Assembly (NCBI GenBank): GCA_965287045.1
Contig: OZ336871.1
Location: 97,712,001 to 97,776,000 of the forward strand
Length of the DNA stretch: 64,000 nt
Direction of reading: 5' to 3'
DNA from: Carcharhinus amblyrhynchos
Taxonomy: Eukaryota
The first letter of the stretch is position 1, and every line of letters begins with the position of its first letter. This document shows, in pieces, positions 39,204 through 52,713 of this stretch. The position numbers and the translations under genes are program-made. A model generated the notes under the pieces. The model was not told the origin of the DNA. It did not search any database and saw only the letters and a list, made by a program, of their open reading frames with translations.

Positions 39204-39839
39204 GACTGTGCGGCAAGCAATACAGCAGTCCTCAGCAACCAGTACCATTGTATATACTATTAATTGGAGATTTAATAAAGGTACTTCACATTTAATGATA
39301 CAGTATCCCAAGGTACTGTGCGCATTGATATTAAGAGTGAAGACAAGAACGTTTAGACAGAGAGGAATGAATGATCAAGTAGCACTGGCTGCATGCGGTA
39401 ATCACAGAAATTAACAGGCAGCAACAACTTAATAAGCTGTCTGCAGTGTAACCAGTATGTGTTAACCGCATCATTCATACCTATGCCATTCCCAAAACTT
39501 CTTGAATGTTGACCTTAGCACTTGGTGAGTCCAGACACAAGCCTTTGAATTGCTCTACGTTACAATGAGCATGTTAATAAACAGAATGACTTTCCACTCA
39601 ATCTTCCCTTTCTCCCTGACACAGTGGTGGGGTTATATATATATATCATTTATGCCTTTAATGGGACATGCTGTTTATTGTTTTGGAGTCGACTTTCTTG
39701 ACAGGCAATTTTTAGTGCAAACACGACTCCTACTTTGAGCTTTCAGCTGCAAGCCCCAAGCCTACACTTTGTCCTCCATGTTCCAAGTCCAAGGATAGCC
39801 TCCCATCCTTGCCAGCAGTCCTGTCAATAGATCCAGCTC

Positions 39840-39936
39840 AATAAAAGCAGAAAAAGCTGGAAAATCTCAGCAGGTCTGACAGTATCTGTGGGGAGAGAAT
39901 AGAACTAATGTTTCGAATCTAGATGACCCTTCATCC
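39840..39936. mobile_element. Short Penelope-like terminal fragment (second family)
   Basis: gctggaaaatctcagcaggtctg..tttcgaatctagatgacccttcatc; the minus strand shows a GATGA-stem-GAAAC hammerhead remnant. Confidence 0.55.
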
Positions 39937-40899
39937 TTGTAGAACCAGCTACTTTTCTTGCTCCTTTAGCTATGGTTTGAAACAAAAATTTCCATTCTCA
40001 AATTTCTTCTCAAAAATTATTTTCATTGTATAAATTGGGAATCTATGAACTGGTTTGTCTGGCTCCCAATACATAATCCTCAATATGGCACCTTTTTAAA
40101 AAAAAACTTATGTGACTTTGCTTGGTTTCAAAACACACTGCCCCAAAATACTTTAATGAATAGAAAAATCAAATAATATTCTGTTTGCATGCTGTAACAT
40201 GATATAGTCCTTCTGGAATCAACATTTTTTCTTGAATTACAATGAACCACGGCAGCATAATTTGCTGAAACATGGCGCAGGAACTCATGCTGATTACTTC
40301 ATATTGCTAAATAAGGCATGGTCACTAATGCACATTGCTTATGATTCAGTGGTTTGAGACAAGAACCAAAAAGCAGTACTATGTTTTCATCCAGAACAGT
40401 AGTTTGAAGTTTCTGTACAGGAACTAAGAAGAGTAACATAAGTTCTGTGGTTTCAGGTCCTAGACCACAGATATTTAAACATGGCCACGCTTTCTACTCC
40501 ACTTTAGTAAATTGCTTAATCTCCCAAAGACACAACTTAGTTACACAAACACAAGAGAAACAAAAATAGCCAATGTTTGCCGTCTGATGGAATGGAGTAT
40601 AATATCTGTGGATGTCGAAAACATTACACAGCAGCTCATGCAGAAAAAGCTTACAAAGTTAGAACATCAGATCAATGAAGAGGGGTAAATGTTCTTCAAG
40701 GCCATCAGGTTGTAAAGCTCAAAGAATTCTTATTTCTTGGGCAAGTGAGATTAAGGAGTATTATTCATTTTTAGACCAAGTTAATGTTATATAAAATGAG
40801 TTTTGGTGCTAACATTAACTTGTGATGGTATTGGTACCTGTTCATATGTATCAACAGGTGATGATGGCAGACAAAAGCAATTGTGGGTAAACAGATGAA

Positions 40900-42415
40900 G
40901 GCAAATGTTTCAAAAGCTAGTAAACTGGTACAACAAAAAAAAATCAATCAACAAGATTAATGAAATTCTGGCCTTTATCTCAACAGGAATGCAGTTCAAA
41001 GTGAAGGAAATTATACACCAATTCTAGAACCTTCTTTAGATTGCTGATTGTTCTTTAATGCTGTTTGAGGTGTCACACCTCAAGCAGTTTCAACTTGGAT
41101 AGAATAGGGTGTAGACTTACAGGGTTAAAGAGTGATGGCAGCAGGTTATATCAACTTGGACTGTACTTCCTTCTATATAAAATGTTGCTAGGTAATTTAA
41201 ATCAAGGTATTAAAAACTATGGAAGGATCCAATATAGTAGGTATGCGAAAATAATATCCTCTCGGGGGAGATCCAGAATAACAGTTTGTCGTTGAAGAGT
41301 TTGAGAAGCATAGGAGGCCATTTGGCCCATTGTGTTCATGCTGGCCCCCTGTATAAGTCGACTAGTGCCTTCCCATGCCTTTACCCGTAACCCTGTACAT
41401 TCTTCCTTTTCAAATAATGACCTAATCTCTTTTGAATGCCCCAACTGAGCTTTCTTCCATCACAAATGTATTCTAGGCATTTACTTAAATCTGTGCCCTT
41501 TGACTGTCAATCCTTCAAATAATGAGAACAATTTCTCCCTGCCTGTTATGCCCAGAACTTATAGGATTTTAAATACCTCTACCATAGCTCCTCTCAACTT
41601 GCTCTTCTCGAAAAAGAGATTCCCGGTTTCTCCAATCTTTCTATGCAACTGGGTTGAGGAAAGTCATTGTCATTGGCCTTTTCTGTGCCAATACTAAGCT
41701 GTGATACATCTGGAAATGATGCTTTCTATGGTGTTACTGTACAACTTGGTGAGAGTCATAACATGCCAAATTTCCTTAGGCTCTTGAGAAAGTAGAGGCA
41801 GTGTTGGACTTTAACTATAGCGTCGATGTTCTTAACTATTGCACAGGTGTGGAGGACCAGGACAGGTTGTTGGTGATCTGGACACCTAGAAACCTGAAGC
41901 TCTTGACCATTTTCACTTCAGAGCTCTAAAAAAAAGATAGTCTTAGTAATGGTGTGTATATTTGGTCAGAAGCTTATTTCAGGGTCAAATATGACCTTGA
42001 GGCTGTGAGCAGAAAGGGAGCAGGCACCAATAACTGCATCAGTGTTCCCAATATTCATCCAAAGATGACTTCTGCTCAATTTTGCAAGTGAAGGAATTGA
42101 AAGATAGTGGTAAGCGCTGGGTGTTGTCAATGTACATGTAAAAAAAATCATATCTACATTCAGATGATGTCATTGAGGAAAAGCCTATAAATGAAATTTA
42201 GATGACGGCAAGGCACTCCTTGGGGAACACCAGAAATAACAGCGCAGGTAGACAAAAGAGAAACCATGGCAAGGCATACTCTGGATATTACATCGGTAAA
42301 AATGGAGGTTAGTCCACCCACCAGGACAACAGTGGAGAGGTGCTAAAGGGGATGGTGTAGTCAATTACATCAAAGACTACAGATTGGTTGAGAAGGATGA
42401 GGATATTAGTTCATA
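40900..42415. mobile_element. Mosaic of old CR1, Rex-like and L2 fragments
   Basis: CR1 tail at 41305-41650 (minus), Rex-like at 41675-41920 (minus), L2-like tcagggtcaaatatgacc from 41978. Confidence 0.55.
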
Positions 42416-42498
42416 TCATGATGTGTAAGAAAGCAATCTGCAAGGATGACAAGAGTTTTCAAAGGGATATAGATAGGTTGAGTAGATAATGCAAGCTT

Positions 42499-42958
42499 AA
42501 TAAAAGCAAATTACTGCAGATAATGGAATCTGAAACCAAAAGAGAAAATGCTGGAAAATCTCAGCAGGTCTGGCAGCATCTGTAAGGCAAGAAAAGAGCT
42601 GACGTTGAGTCCAGATGACCCTTTGTCAAAGCTAAAAAGGCATAAAAAAAGGGAGAGATTTATATCTCAGGGTGAGGGAATGAAAAATGAGTCATCCAAC
42701 GCTAAGAGAAATGGAAAGCAGTGAAGGTGGACGTGGGGATGGGGGGGAGGGGGGTGGTGGAGGATACATGTACGGAAATGCTGTCAGAGAGAACAGTACT
42801 TCTCCAGGGTAGGCATTCCTGGAAGAGAAGTGGCAGTGAATTAAACACTGGATAAAAAGCAAATTATTGCAGATGCTGGAATCTGAAATCAAAAGAGAAA
42901 ACACTAGAAAATCTCAGCAGGTCTGGCCTGAAACGAAAAGAGAGAACACTGGAAAATG
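42499..42958. mobile_element. Penelope-like terminal repeats (second family), tandem partial copies
   Basis: aaaagcaaattactgcagat..ggaatctgaaa..aaaatctcagcaggtctggc at about 42500 and 42853. Confidence 0.6.
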
Positions 42959-42959
42959 C

Positions 42960-44320
42960 AAGCTTGCTTTAGTGGGAGGACCAGAAAACTAAAATGTTAT
43001 TTAAATAAGAGACATTGAAGAATCATATGGGTGTCCCTGTACATGAATCAAAAAGGTTAGCATGTAGATGCAGCAAGTAATTAGTAAAATTAGTGGAATG
43101 CTGGCCTTTATTGCATAGAGAAAGGAATATTGTGAAGGCTTGTTACAACTGTATAAGGCTTTGGTGGGAGTGGGATAAAGTGGCACTTGGAAGCAATTCA
43201 AAGAAGGGTCACGCTTTGATTCCTGGAATTAAGTGGGTGCTTATCTGGAAAGGTTGATTAGATTAGACCTACACGATTCACCAAGGATCCTTAGACAGCA
43301 CCTTCCAAACCCATAACCACTTCCATCTAGAAGGACAGGAGCGGCAGATAAATGGGAACACCACCACCTACAAGCTCCCCTCCAAGCCACTCACCATCCT
43401 AATTTGGAAAGATAATCACCTTTCCTTCGCAGTCGCTGGATCAAAATCCTGGAATTCTCTTTCTAATGGCATTGTGGTTCAGCCTACAGAACACGGACTG
43501 CAGCGATTCAAGAAGACAACTCACCACCTTCTCAAGGGCAACTAGAGATAGGCAATAAATGCTGAACAGCCAGCAATGCCCATGATTGAATTAAAAAATT
43601 AATTGGCATTCTGATTGTGGAAAAGTAAGTTTCTGTGGGGTGGGGAGGGGTGCTGCAGCTTGAATGGATAAATGCTGAAATGGAGGAATCTAGAACTATG
43701 GGGCACTGATTAAAAAAAAAGTTTCTCATTTAAGGGGCTGTAGATGAAATTCTTTCCTGAGGGTCATTAATCTGTGGCAGTCATCCTTGCAGAGCAGAGG
43801 AAGCTGGATCATTGAATACGAGTTAGGCAGACAAGAGAGTCAAAGGTTCTGATGGAATTTTATAAATCTGCAGTTATTCCACAACTTGAGTACTACGTGT
43901 TGTTCTGGTCATTTCATTACAGAGTATATTTTTCCACTAAAGAGGGTACAGAGATGATTTACAAGGTATGGCCAGGACTGGAATATTGCAACTATGAGGA
44001 AAGATTGGAAAGGCTCAGGTTGTTCTCCTTGAAAGCAGAAAGGGCATGTGATTGAGATATACAAAATTGTGACAGGACTCGAGAGTGTGGATGAGAAGAG
44101 CCTGATTATCTTAAGACACAAAAATAGATGAGAAAGCAAGTGGTGAGGATGACAAAAGTCTACAGAGAGATGTAGACAAGTACACAAGCAAACTTGGCAG
44201 ATGAAATTTAATGTACGAAATTGTGATGTTACATACATTGATAGGTAGAATAAAGGAGTTGAATATTATTTAAATGGAGAAAGATTGCAGAGAACTGCAG
44301 CACAGAGGGATTTGTGACTC
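42960..44320 (+). mobile_element. Old CR1 fragments, with a second-family CR1 tail at 43277-43595
   Basis: QLEYYVLFWSFHYR; cagcaccttccaaaccc..ctcaagggcaactagagataggcaataaat. Confidence 0.7.
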
Positions 44321-45029
44321 CACTAGAAACAAATGTGTTGTCAGTTGCTCTCTTGGACAAAATAAATGGAACTTATGCCGCTTCAGACATTTGCATGTCT
44401 GTTCCAGCTTGGAACCAAGTGGGCGCATATATTGGAGCTCCTACTTTCAGTCATGTCAATGGCAATATTGGGGTGGTTGAAGGCTTCAATTCCAACAGGT
44501 CATTATGAGTACTCCAGTTTTTAGCTTCAAGATCATATGTACCAAAAAAATGACCAAACACCCACAAAAGAAGGCCTCGATGACCAAGGCAAAATAAACT
44601 TTAGGTAATAAACAAGGATCTCTTGGCAAACATCATTTGAACAATCCCTACATGATAGCCTGGATCCACATTACCTTTCAACAGAACATTTTCGAAAAAC
44701 AGTTGCACACAAAATATCAAAACTGTCATTTGAGAGATGTTGAGGATTTTAGGTCATTTTCTCCAAACTTCTCCACACCATCAGCCCTCCTCCCCCAAGC
44801 CAACAAGTAACATGACCAGTGAATTTATGCCATCACTTGGTAATAGCATGGCCTGATGGCCTGAATTTTCACTACCAAGGTAGTGAACTCAAATATGGAA
44901 GTTTCCCGAGGCAGCAGATCCATGCATGGGGCGGAATTTTATGGCCTCGCTCATCCTGAAACCGTAAAATCCTGCCTGAGGTCAATGGATCTATGATCCT
45001 CCCCATACCTGTTCCAATTCCCATGGCAG

Positions 45030-47730
45030 GTACAACACAGAACATTAAAGCACAGTACAGGCCCTTTGCCTCTCGATGTTGCGCCGACCAGTAGAACCAA
45101 TCTAATGACCGTCTAACCTAAACTATTGCAATATTATCCATATGTCTATCCAATGACCATTTGAATACCCTTAAAGTTGGCAAGTCCACTACTGCTGCAG
45201 GCAGGGCATTCCATGCCTTTATTACGCTCTGAGTAAAGAACCTACCTCTGACATCTGTCCTATATTTATCACCCTTCAATTTAAAGCTATGTCCCCTCGT
45301 GTTAGCCATCACCATCCAAGGAAAAAGGCTCTCACTGTCTATCCTATCTAATCCTCTGATCATCTTGTATGCTTCAATTAAGTCACCTCTTAACCTTCTC
45401 TCTTACAAAAACAACCTAAAGTCCCTCAGCACTTCCTCATAAGACTTTCCCACCATACCAGGCAACATCCTGGAAAATCTCCTCTGCACCCTTTCCAATG
45501 CTTCCACATCTTTCCTATAATGCGGCGACCAGAACTGTACGCAATACTCCAAGTGCAGCTGCACCAGGGTTTTGTACAGCTGCAACACGATCTCATGGCT
45601 CCGAAACTCAATCCCTCTACCAATAGAAATTAACATACTACTGTATGCCTTCTTAACAACCCTATCAACCTGGGTGCCAACTTTCAGGGATCTATGCACA
45701 TGGACACCAAGATCTCTCTGCTCATCCACACTACCAAGAGTCTTTCCATTAGCCCAGTACTTTGTAATCCTGTTACTCCTTCCCAAGTGAATCACCTCAC
45801 TTTTCCACATTAAACTCCATTTGCCACCTCTTAGCCCAGCTCTGCAGCTTATCTATGTCCAGCTCTGCAAACTGCAACATCTATCCGCACTGTCCACAAC
45901 TCCTCCGACTTTAGTGTCATCCAGAAATTTACTAACCCATCCTTCTACACCCTCATCCAGGTCATTTATAAAAATGACAAACAGCAGTGGCCCCAAAACA
46001 GATCCCTGCGGTACACCACTAGTAACTGAACTCCACGTTGAACATTTCCCATCAACTACCACCTTCTGTCTTCTTTCAGCTAGCCAATTCCTGATCCAAA
46101 CCGCTAAATCACCCTCAATCCCACGCATCTGCATTTTCTGCAGTAGCTTACTACAGGGAACGCTATCAAACGCTTTATTGAAATCCATATACACCACATC
46201 AACTGCTTTACCCTCATCCACCTCTTTGGTCACCTTCTCAAAGAACTCAATAAGGTTTGTGAGGCACGACCTACCCTTCACAAAACCGTGATGACTATCC
46301 CTAATCAAATTATTTCTCTCCAGATGATTATAAATCCTATCTCTTATAATCCTTTCCAAAACTTTGCCCACAACAGAAGCAAGGCTCACCAGTCTATAAT
46401 TTCCAGGATGGTCTCTACTCCTCTTCTTGAATAAGGGGACAGCATTTGCTATCCTCCAGTCTTCTGGTACTATACCTGTAGACAACGATGACATAAAGAT
46501 CAAAGCCAAAGGTGCTGCAATCTCCTCCCTAGCCTCCCAGAGAATCCTAGGATAAATCCCATCCAGTCCAGGGGATTTATCTATTTTCACACTTTCTAGA
46601 ATTGCTAACACCTCCTCATGAACCTCAATCCTATCTAGTCCAAAAGCCTGCATCTCAGTATTCTTGACTACATTGACTTTTTCCTGTGTGAATACTGATG
46701 AAAAATATTCATTTAGTGCCTCTCCTATCTCTTCAGACTCCACACACAACTTCCCATTACTATCCTTGACTGGCCCTATCTTTCTTTTATTCCTGACGTA
46801 CCTACAGAAAGCTTTAGGGTTTTCCTTGATCCTACGTGCCAAAGACTTCTCATGTCCTCTTCTGGCTCTTCTTAACACTCTTTAGGCCCTTCCTGGCTAA
46901 CCTGTAACTCTCCAGTGCCCTAACTGAGCCTTAACGTCTCATCTTTACATAAGTCTCCTCCTTACTCTTCACAAGTTCCTTAGTAAACCACAGTTCCCTT
47001 GCTCGACCACTTCCCTGTCTTGACAGGTACATATTTGTCAAGAAAATGCAGTAGCTGCTCCTTGAACAAGCTCCACATTTCAAATGTGCCCATCCCCTGC
47101 AGTTTCCTTCTCTAACCTATGTATCCTAAATCTTGCCTAATCACCTCAATTTCCTTCCCCCAGCTATAACGTTTGCCCTTCAGTATATACCTACCCCTTT
47201 CCATCGCTAAGGTAAATGTAATAGAATTGTGGTCACTATCACCAAAGTGCTCACCTACCTCCAAGTCTAACACCTGGTCTGGTTCGTTACCCAGAACCAA
47301 ATCCAATGTGGCCTTGCCTCTTGTTGGCCTATCTACATACTGTGTCAGGAAACCTTCCTGCACACATTGGACAAAAACTGATCCCTCTAAAGTACTCGAA
47401 CTATAGCTTTTCCAGTCAATATTTGTAAAGTTAAAGTCCCCCATAACAACTACCCTGTTACTCTTGCTCCTGTCCAGACTCATCTTTGCAATCCTTTCCT
47501 CTACATCTCTGGAACTTTTCGGAGGCCTATAAAAAAACTCCCAGCAGGGTGACCTCTCCTTTCCTGTTCCTAATCTCAGCCCATACTACCTCAGTATGGG
47601 AGTCCTCATCAAGCATCCTTTCTGCCACCATAATACTGTACTAACCATGCCATACCTCCCCCTCTTTTACCACCTTCCCTGCTCTTACTGAAACATCTAA
47701 ACCCCAGAACCTGCAACAACATTCCTGTCC
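45030..47730 (-). mobile_element. Long CR1 LINE (EN C-terminus, RT, 3' tail) with several frameshifts
   Basis: VVVMGDFNF..LDLVL..GDSDHN (EN); GVPQGSVLGPLLF, KFLDDTK (RT); ORFs spanning 45118-47483. Confidence 0.95.
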
Positions 47731-48056
47731 CTAAAGGGGCAGGGCGGTAGGGTTCCAGCCGTGAGACTGTCGCAGACAACCTTGGCTCTGGGGACTCAGG
47801 GGCATAGTAGAGTCTGATTTTCAGTCTCCAGGAGGCAGTTCAGAAGCAGCCACCCAGACAGGCTACAGAGGTGACCTGCCTAGGTCCTGAGATTTCAGCC
47901 CAGTTTTATAAAACATTGTTAGGCCTTCAAACCCTCACCCATTCCCCATTATATCCCCTTATCATAATAACCACTTCCCCTGTATGTACTATAGGCAGAT
48001 CTCAAGAGTCATGTGAACATAGCAAAATAATTTTCATTCATGAAACTCAAGGATTT

Positions 48057-48260
48057 GGGGCAAGATTCGCTAATCTCCCAGCCACGTTTTCTGCCAGCAG
48101 GAAGTGACGTGTCTTTTGTTAGCAGTAGGATTCTCTGGTCCTGCCTCTTAATGGGAATTTTCATCGACATCACCCCATTCTAGTGGGAAATGCACAGGCA
48201 GGGGTGCGCTGGCAGGACCAGAGAATTCTGCCAGTGTGAATGGCTGGATTTTTTCAGCCT
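48057..48260. mobile_element. MITE-like inverted-repeat element
   Basis: ggattctctggtcctgcc (48128-48145) and ggcaggaccagagaattc (48211-48228). Confidence 0.55.
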
Positions 48261-48589
48261 TCAAATCCTTCAAGTTATCAAAGGCAGTGTTTCAAGAGGC
48301 TATAAAAGGATTCAAAGTGTGAACTCAACCCACCTGCTGAGATGGGTGGTTTTGGACTTTTTGAAACTTAGCCAGGCACTCGTAATTGGGTTAGTTTAGT
48401 AATATGCAGTATGAAGTATCAACGATCAAGTCCAATGAACTACAGGTTTTGTTCTAAGCTACATCAAATGGCCTGTGAATCAATGCACTCCAAGCGTGTT
48501 TATTTCTTCTGACAATTGCAGCTTAAGTTTTCTTCCCAATTTTTAAAGGGCTGGGGATTTAAATAACTTCAGATCATATCGCAATCTTT

Positions 48590-49275
48590 AAAAACCACAG
48601 AAGGCAGCTATTTGAATAATCAAATCTGCACTGGTTTTGAGCATTCTGCTAGTCTCACTACCCTGCCTTATTCCCATTACTATATCAATTTTTTTTCAAA
48701 TAGCAATCAAATCGTTTTGAATACCTCAATCAAACCTGCCTCCACTGCACTCAGTAATTTCATTCCAGACTGCAACCTTTGGTGAAAAATCTTTTTCTCA
48801 TCACTTTTACTCCTTTTGCCCATTTTGAATCTGTACCCTCCAGTTCTAAATGCATTCTTATCTACCCTGTCCATATCCCTCAGAATCATGAGCGCCTCTA
48901 TCAAGTCTCCTTTCAGCCTTCCTTTCTCCAACATCTCTAATCTAGCCTCTCAGCTACAGTTAATACTTGTGAATCGCTGGTGTTCTCTTCAATACCTTGA
49001 CATCCTTCCTCAAGGATGGCACCCAGAACGGGATGGAGTATGCAGATGAGACCTAACTAATGTTCTATACTAGTGCAATATGATTCCATACTCTTGTACT
49101 CAATGCACCTATTTAATTCCTCCATTAGTAAAATCTAAGCTACGCTCTCAACATAACCTGCCATATTCAATGGCATATTCACCAAGGGCCCTTTCCTTTG
49201 TTCCTGTGCCTCCTTTAGAGTTTCTCCCTTTTTATATTGTTGCCACATATTCTTCTTGTCAAAAAGAATCACTTT
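48590..49275 (-). mobile_element. Old CR1 fragment
   Basis: LEKGRLKGDLIEA..DRVD in ORF 48707-48934. Confidence 0.7.
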
Positions 49276-50189
49276 AATGGATGACAAATCATGGCACTTC
49301 AACATTATCCACCTACCAAGACCATTCTCTCACAAATTTGAGAGTCACACAATGGGTTAAGACGATTGAAATAGCAAGTCGGGTTTGTTTAACCTCAAAA
49401 TTATTTTCAAATGGCCCAGATTTTGTTTTGTACCTGGCCCCTACTTCATTTTTCCTCTAACAGAGGAAGCTGTATTGTCCGTAAATGGTGGTGACATTTC
49501 CACATAAATGTCCTGCCCATATTTTCTTTCTAAAATTATCTCTGGAGTACTCCCAACTTGGTGAAAATACAGCCCCATGTTTTCCCTAAAACTCAATTCT
49601 ATTTTAGTTCTCTGTAAAAGGGTAAATTGGGTTAGTCATTGAGGGACCTAAATAATATTCCAGGGGTTGTGTCAACACCTTGAGGGGGTTCAAAAGATAC
49701 TCATGAAATTCTAATGATAGTGGGAACTACAGGTGAGCATCAACAAGCCTCTCTGACTGGGGAACCTTTCAGTACTGGGAAATTGTTGAAATCAGGAGTA
49801 CTCAATTTTCCATACAAAATGTATAGTGCTAGTGATATCCCCCATGGAATGACAATCATTTATTAAGTTTCTATTTATTTCAGTTGCTTTGCTGTAACAG
49901 CAAGAACACCAATGGAACCAAATGCTCCCTGCATATGTGCAGTATTTACAAAACCAGTCATGCCTCAACTAACTTTAGACTCCCCATCCCTCTGGCTCCC
50001 CACCACCCCACCCAAGAAAAACCTTCCTTTCTTCAAAGACTAAACAGATCAAACTGAGGGTGACATGTTAAAAGCCACAAATGCAATAATTCCACTGGTT
50101 CTCTGCAAACTTGAGGGAAATAGCCCTCGATTTGCCAGGGGAAGGTATCTCTCCAGTTTAGTATTAAAGCATTTCCAAAACATTTACTC

Positions 50190-52683
50190 AAACTTTAATG
50201 CAGTACTTTATTCAGAAGTAAGTTTTCATAGTTGAATAAACAGAATCATCTTCAAGCCAATATACTTAGACAGGATAATCTACTGTTGCTGCCACTCTAA
50301 CTCATTACAATGGGTCAAAAATATCTAAATAGGACAGAAATACACTCAAGAACATACAGGTTTCAGATAAACATGTTTCAGATAAAAAAGGCCAACAAAA
50401 GGTACACAAAATTCACAGAAGTATGAAAAATTTGTAAAACGGAGTCATTTATATTTTAAACATGAAAAGCTTTTGCAAACAATGACATTCATTTGACATT
50501 TCAACTCAAGACAAGAAACAAATAAAACTTCATACATATATCTTAAACCTACAAAATTTGTTGTCTTCATGACAACTTATTTTTATCAATATGGAAGGTG
50601 GCTTGTTTTAGTTTTACGCAATGTTTTAAAGTTTCTTTACTAACCAAGTTTGAGATTTTTTTTTCAAATCTTATAGAAGTTTATATTTTTCATTGATTTT
50701 TACTAGATAAATGAAGGAAGTACTGACCCTGCTAAGCTCTGGAAAATGTGATCCCTAATTCAAGTTAAAATTGGAATTGTCATTTAATATGTTCTATACA
50801 CAAAAATGATTTTGGTTTTGGTGTCACAATATTAATCACAAGCCCAAGTTGGTGCCAGATTACCAAACAAGGTCCAGCATGGTTAAAACACAAGCTCGAA
50901 TTAACCTATATTTTATGGAGCAGAAAACTCCAATATTCAGTTCACTGCAGGTTCACCATTTTATCTAAAAATAATATTCAAACCAAATATTTTTCCTTGA
51001 ATGTTTGCTTTAAAGAAAATCAATTTTAAACATTGAAACCAATTAAACATTACCTGAATTAGATGGGCAAGTCAGAAGCAAAGAGTTTAGTTAAAATTAG
51101 GAACTTTGAAGATGGGTATTAATTAAACTGGATTAAAAATCTGTGCAAGATGGCTTTTCACTGAAAGAAAAAATCTTTAATTCTAAGATTCTGGTAATTC
51201 AGGCAGTGCAAAGCATTCAAAACACGATTTATAGACAGGGCAGCCCAGAATTTACAAAATAGATAATGGTTAGATGAGTAGAAGTAAAGAAATTCCAACT
51301 CAACAAAAAGAAAATGGTGCGAGCAACTTAACTTTGGACACATACTCTGTAAAATGCAAGCTGCTTGTAGCCTCTAGTTTCATTTGTGAGCAAAGCCGTT
51401 ATTAGTTTACAGTGGCTAAATTAAAAAAGATGTAATTCCAACATATTAAAAATAGACCCATTACATTACTGTGGGTCACAGTTCAATTGCTTTTCTTGTG
51501 AAACTATAAGACACTGTAAAAGAGAATATGTTAAAAATGTTGGACAGAACTGAGATTTAAATGAGGGCTGAAGTGATTGTTTAACTATTTAGCCCTATAA
51601 AGGCAAAAGTCAGTTCATCCGTATAAAATGGTGTGGATATAAAATACAGGATCAGAATCACATGATATGTAGTGAAATCTCAATATTTGGTCAGAAGAAC
51701 ATCCCCAAATACTGATGCACATTTTCCTTGCCTAACAAATAATTGAAATTCTACTACAGTATGTGATATCTTATACCACGATGATAAAATCTATATTACC
51801 TACAGTTATGGTAAAGCTTCATTTTAACTTTTCTGTAGCTGCTTAAAGATATGAATTTTTAAATTAGTGTATTGCAAGTATTGCTCATCAGCAAGCTGAC
51901 ATCACTATATTTCTCTCTGGAAATCAAACAAAAAGCTTTATGAAGAGAAGAATATCACAAATCTGAAATAAAAACGAAATGTGAAGCAAATGGCTGTTCC
52001 CCCCACAAATGCTGACTGACATACTGCATGTCTCCAGTATTTTGTTACAAAGGCTTGTTTGAACTAGCATTTCAACACAAATGTACATCAGGATTTTACA
52101 TTTTCTTATAATTTAGCTTTGGGGCTCAAAAATAATTACATTCTCCTGAAAATATGAAAGCATCACAAGCGAGGCAATTTTACCATTACTTTTAACTGTC
52201 ATTAGCATTTTCAGTTAACTCAGACTTTACGTAATAAAAAAGGCAAACTGTAATAAGGAAATAATTTAACCTTGTGGTTTATATGACATTCATAAACCAA
52301 TTATGCTTTGCTATTACAGCTAATATCAGAACTTACAAGATAAATTACAATATTAGGACATACTAATCCTAAGTTTGTACATCAGAACTGAAACATGTCA
52401 GAGAAATACAAAGTGGGTCTACTGTCAATCAAGTAGATATAAGAGTGATTCAACTGGAATGTGACCAAGAACACACTTATTAGTGCTTCCAGTAGGAAAA
52501 TGGATTTTAGTTTTACATGATCAAAAGTGCTACATGGCAAGACCAACAATAATAATGTAGCCCAGTCTTAAGGATCAACACAGTATTGATATTAGCAAAG
52601 ATCAGATTTGAAGATTAGTTAGTTTTATCCACCCTATAAACAGGACCAGTTACTTCACTTCAGATTCTGCTGGACTACTTCTT
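50190..52683 (-). other. DAZL: Probable DAZL 3'UTR
   Basis: About 2.5 kb, nearly repeat-free and U-rich on the minus strand, directly after the terminal exon stop. Confidence 0.5.
50207..50212 (-). terminator. Candidate poly(A) signal AATAAA
   Basis: Minus strand TCTGAATAAAGTACTGCATTAAAG followed by GT-rich sequence; further AATAAA at 49874-49879 and 49859-49864. Confidence 0.45.
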
Positions 52684-52713
52684 CTAAACTGTAAATCTGT
52701 GTACTCTTTTCTC
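52684..52713 (-). CDS. DAZL: Probable DAZL terminal coding exon (EKRVHRFTV*)
   Basis: Strong acceptor ttttgctatttttctttcag|GAG; peptide resembles the recalled tetrapod DAZL last exon DKRVHHFRRS; upstream of RFTN1 on the same strand as in mammals; only about 10 codons of evidence. Confidence 0.55.
   Translation of the reverse strand, partial: EKRVHRFTV

Noticed and set aside
42499-42958. Repeat-spacer-like arrangement suggesting a CRISPR array
   Set aside because: Eukaryotic retroelement termini with irregular spacing and no cas genes
44314-44508. Short ORF and octamer ATTTGCAT
   Set aside because: No recognisable homology, splice context or snRNA/Ig promoter structure
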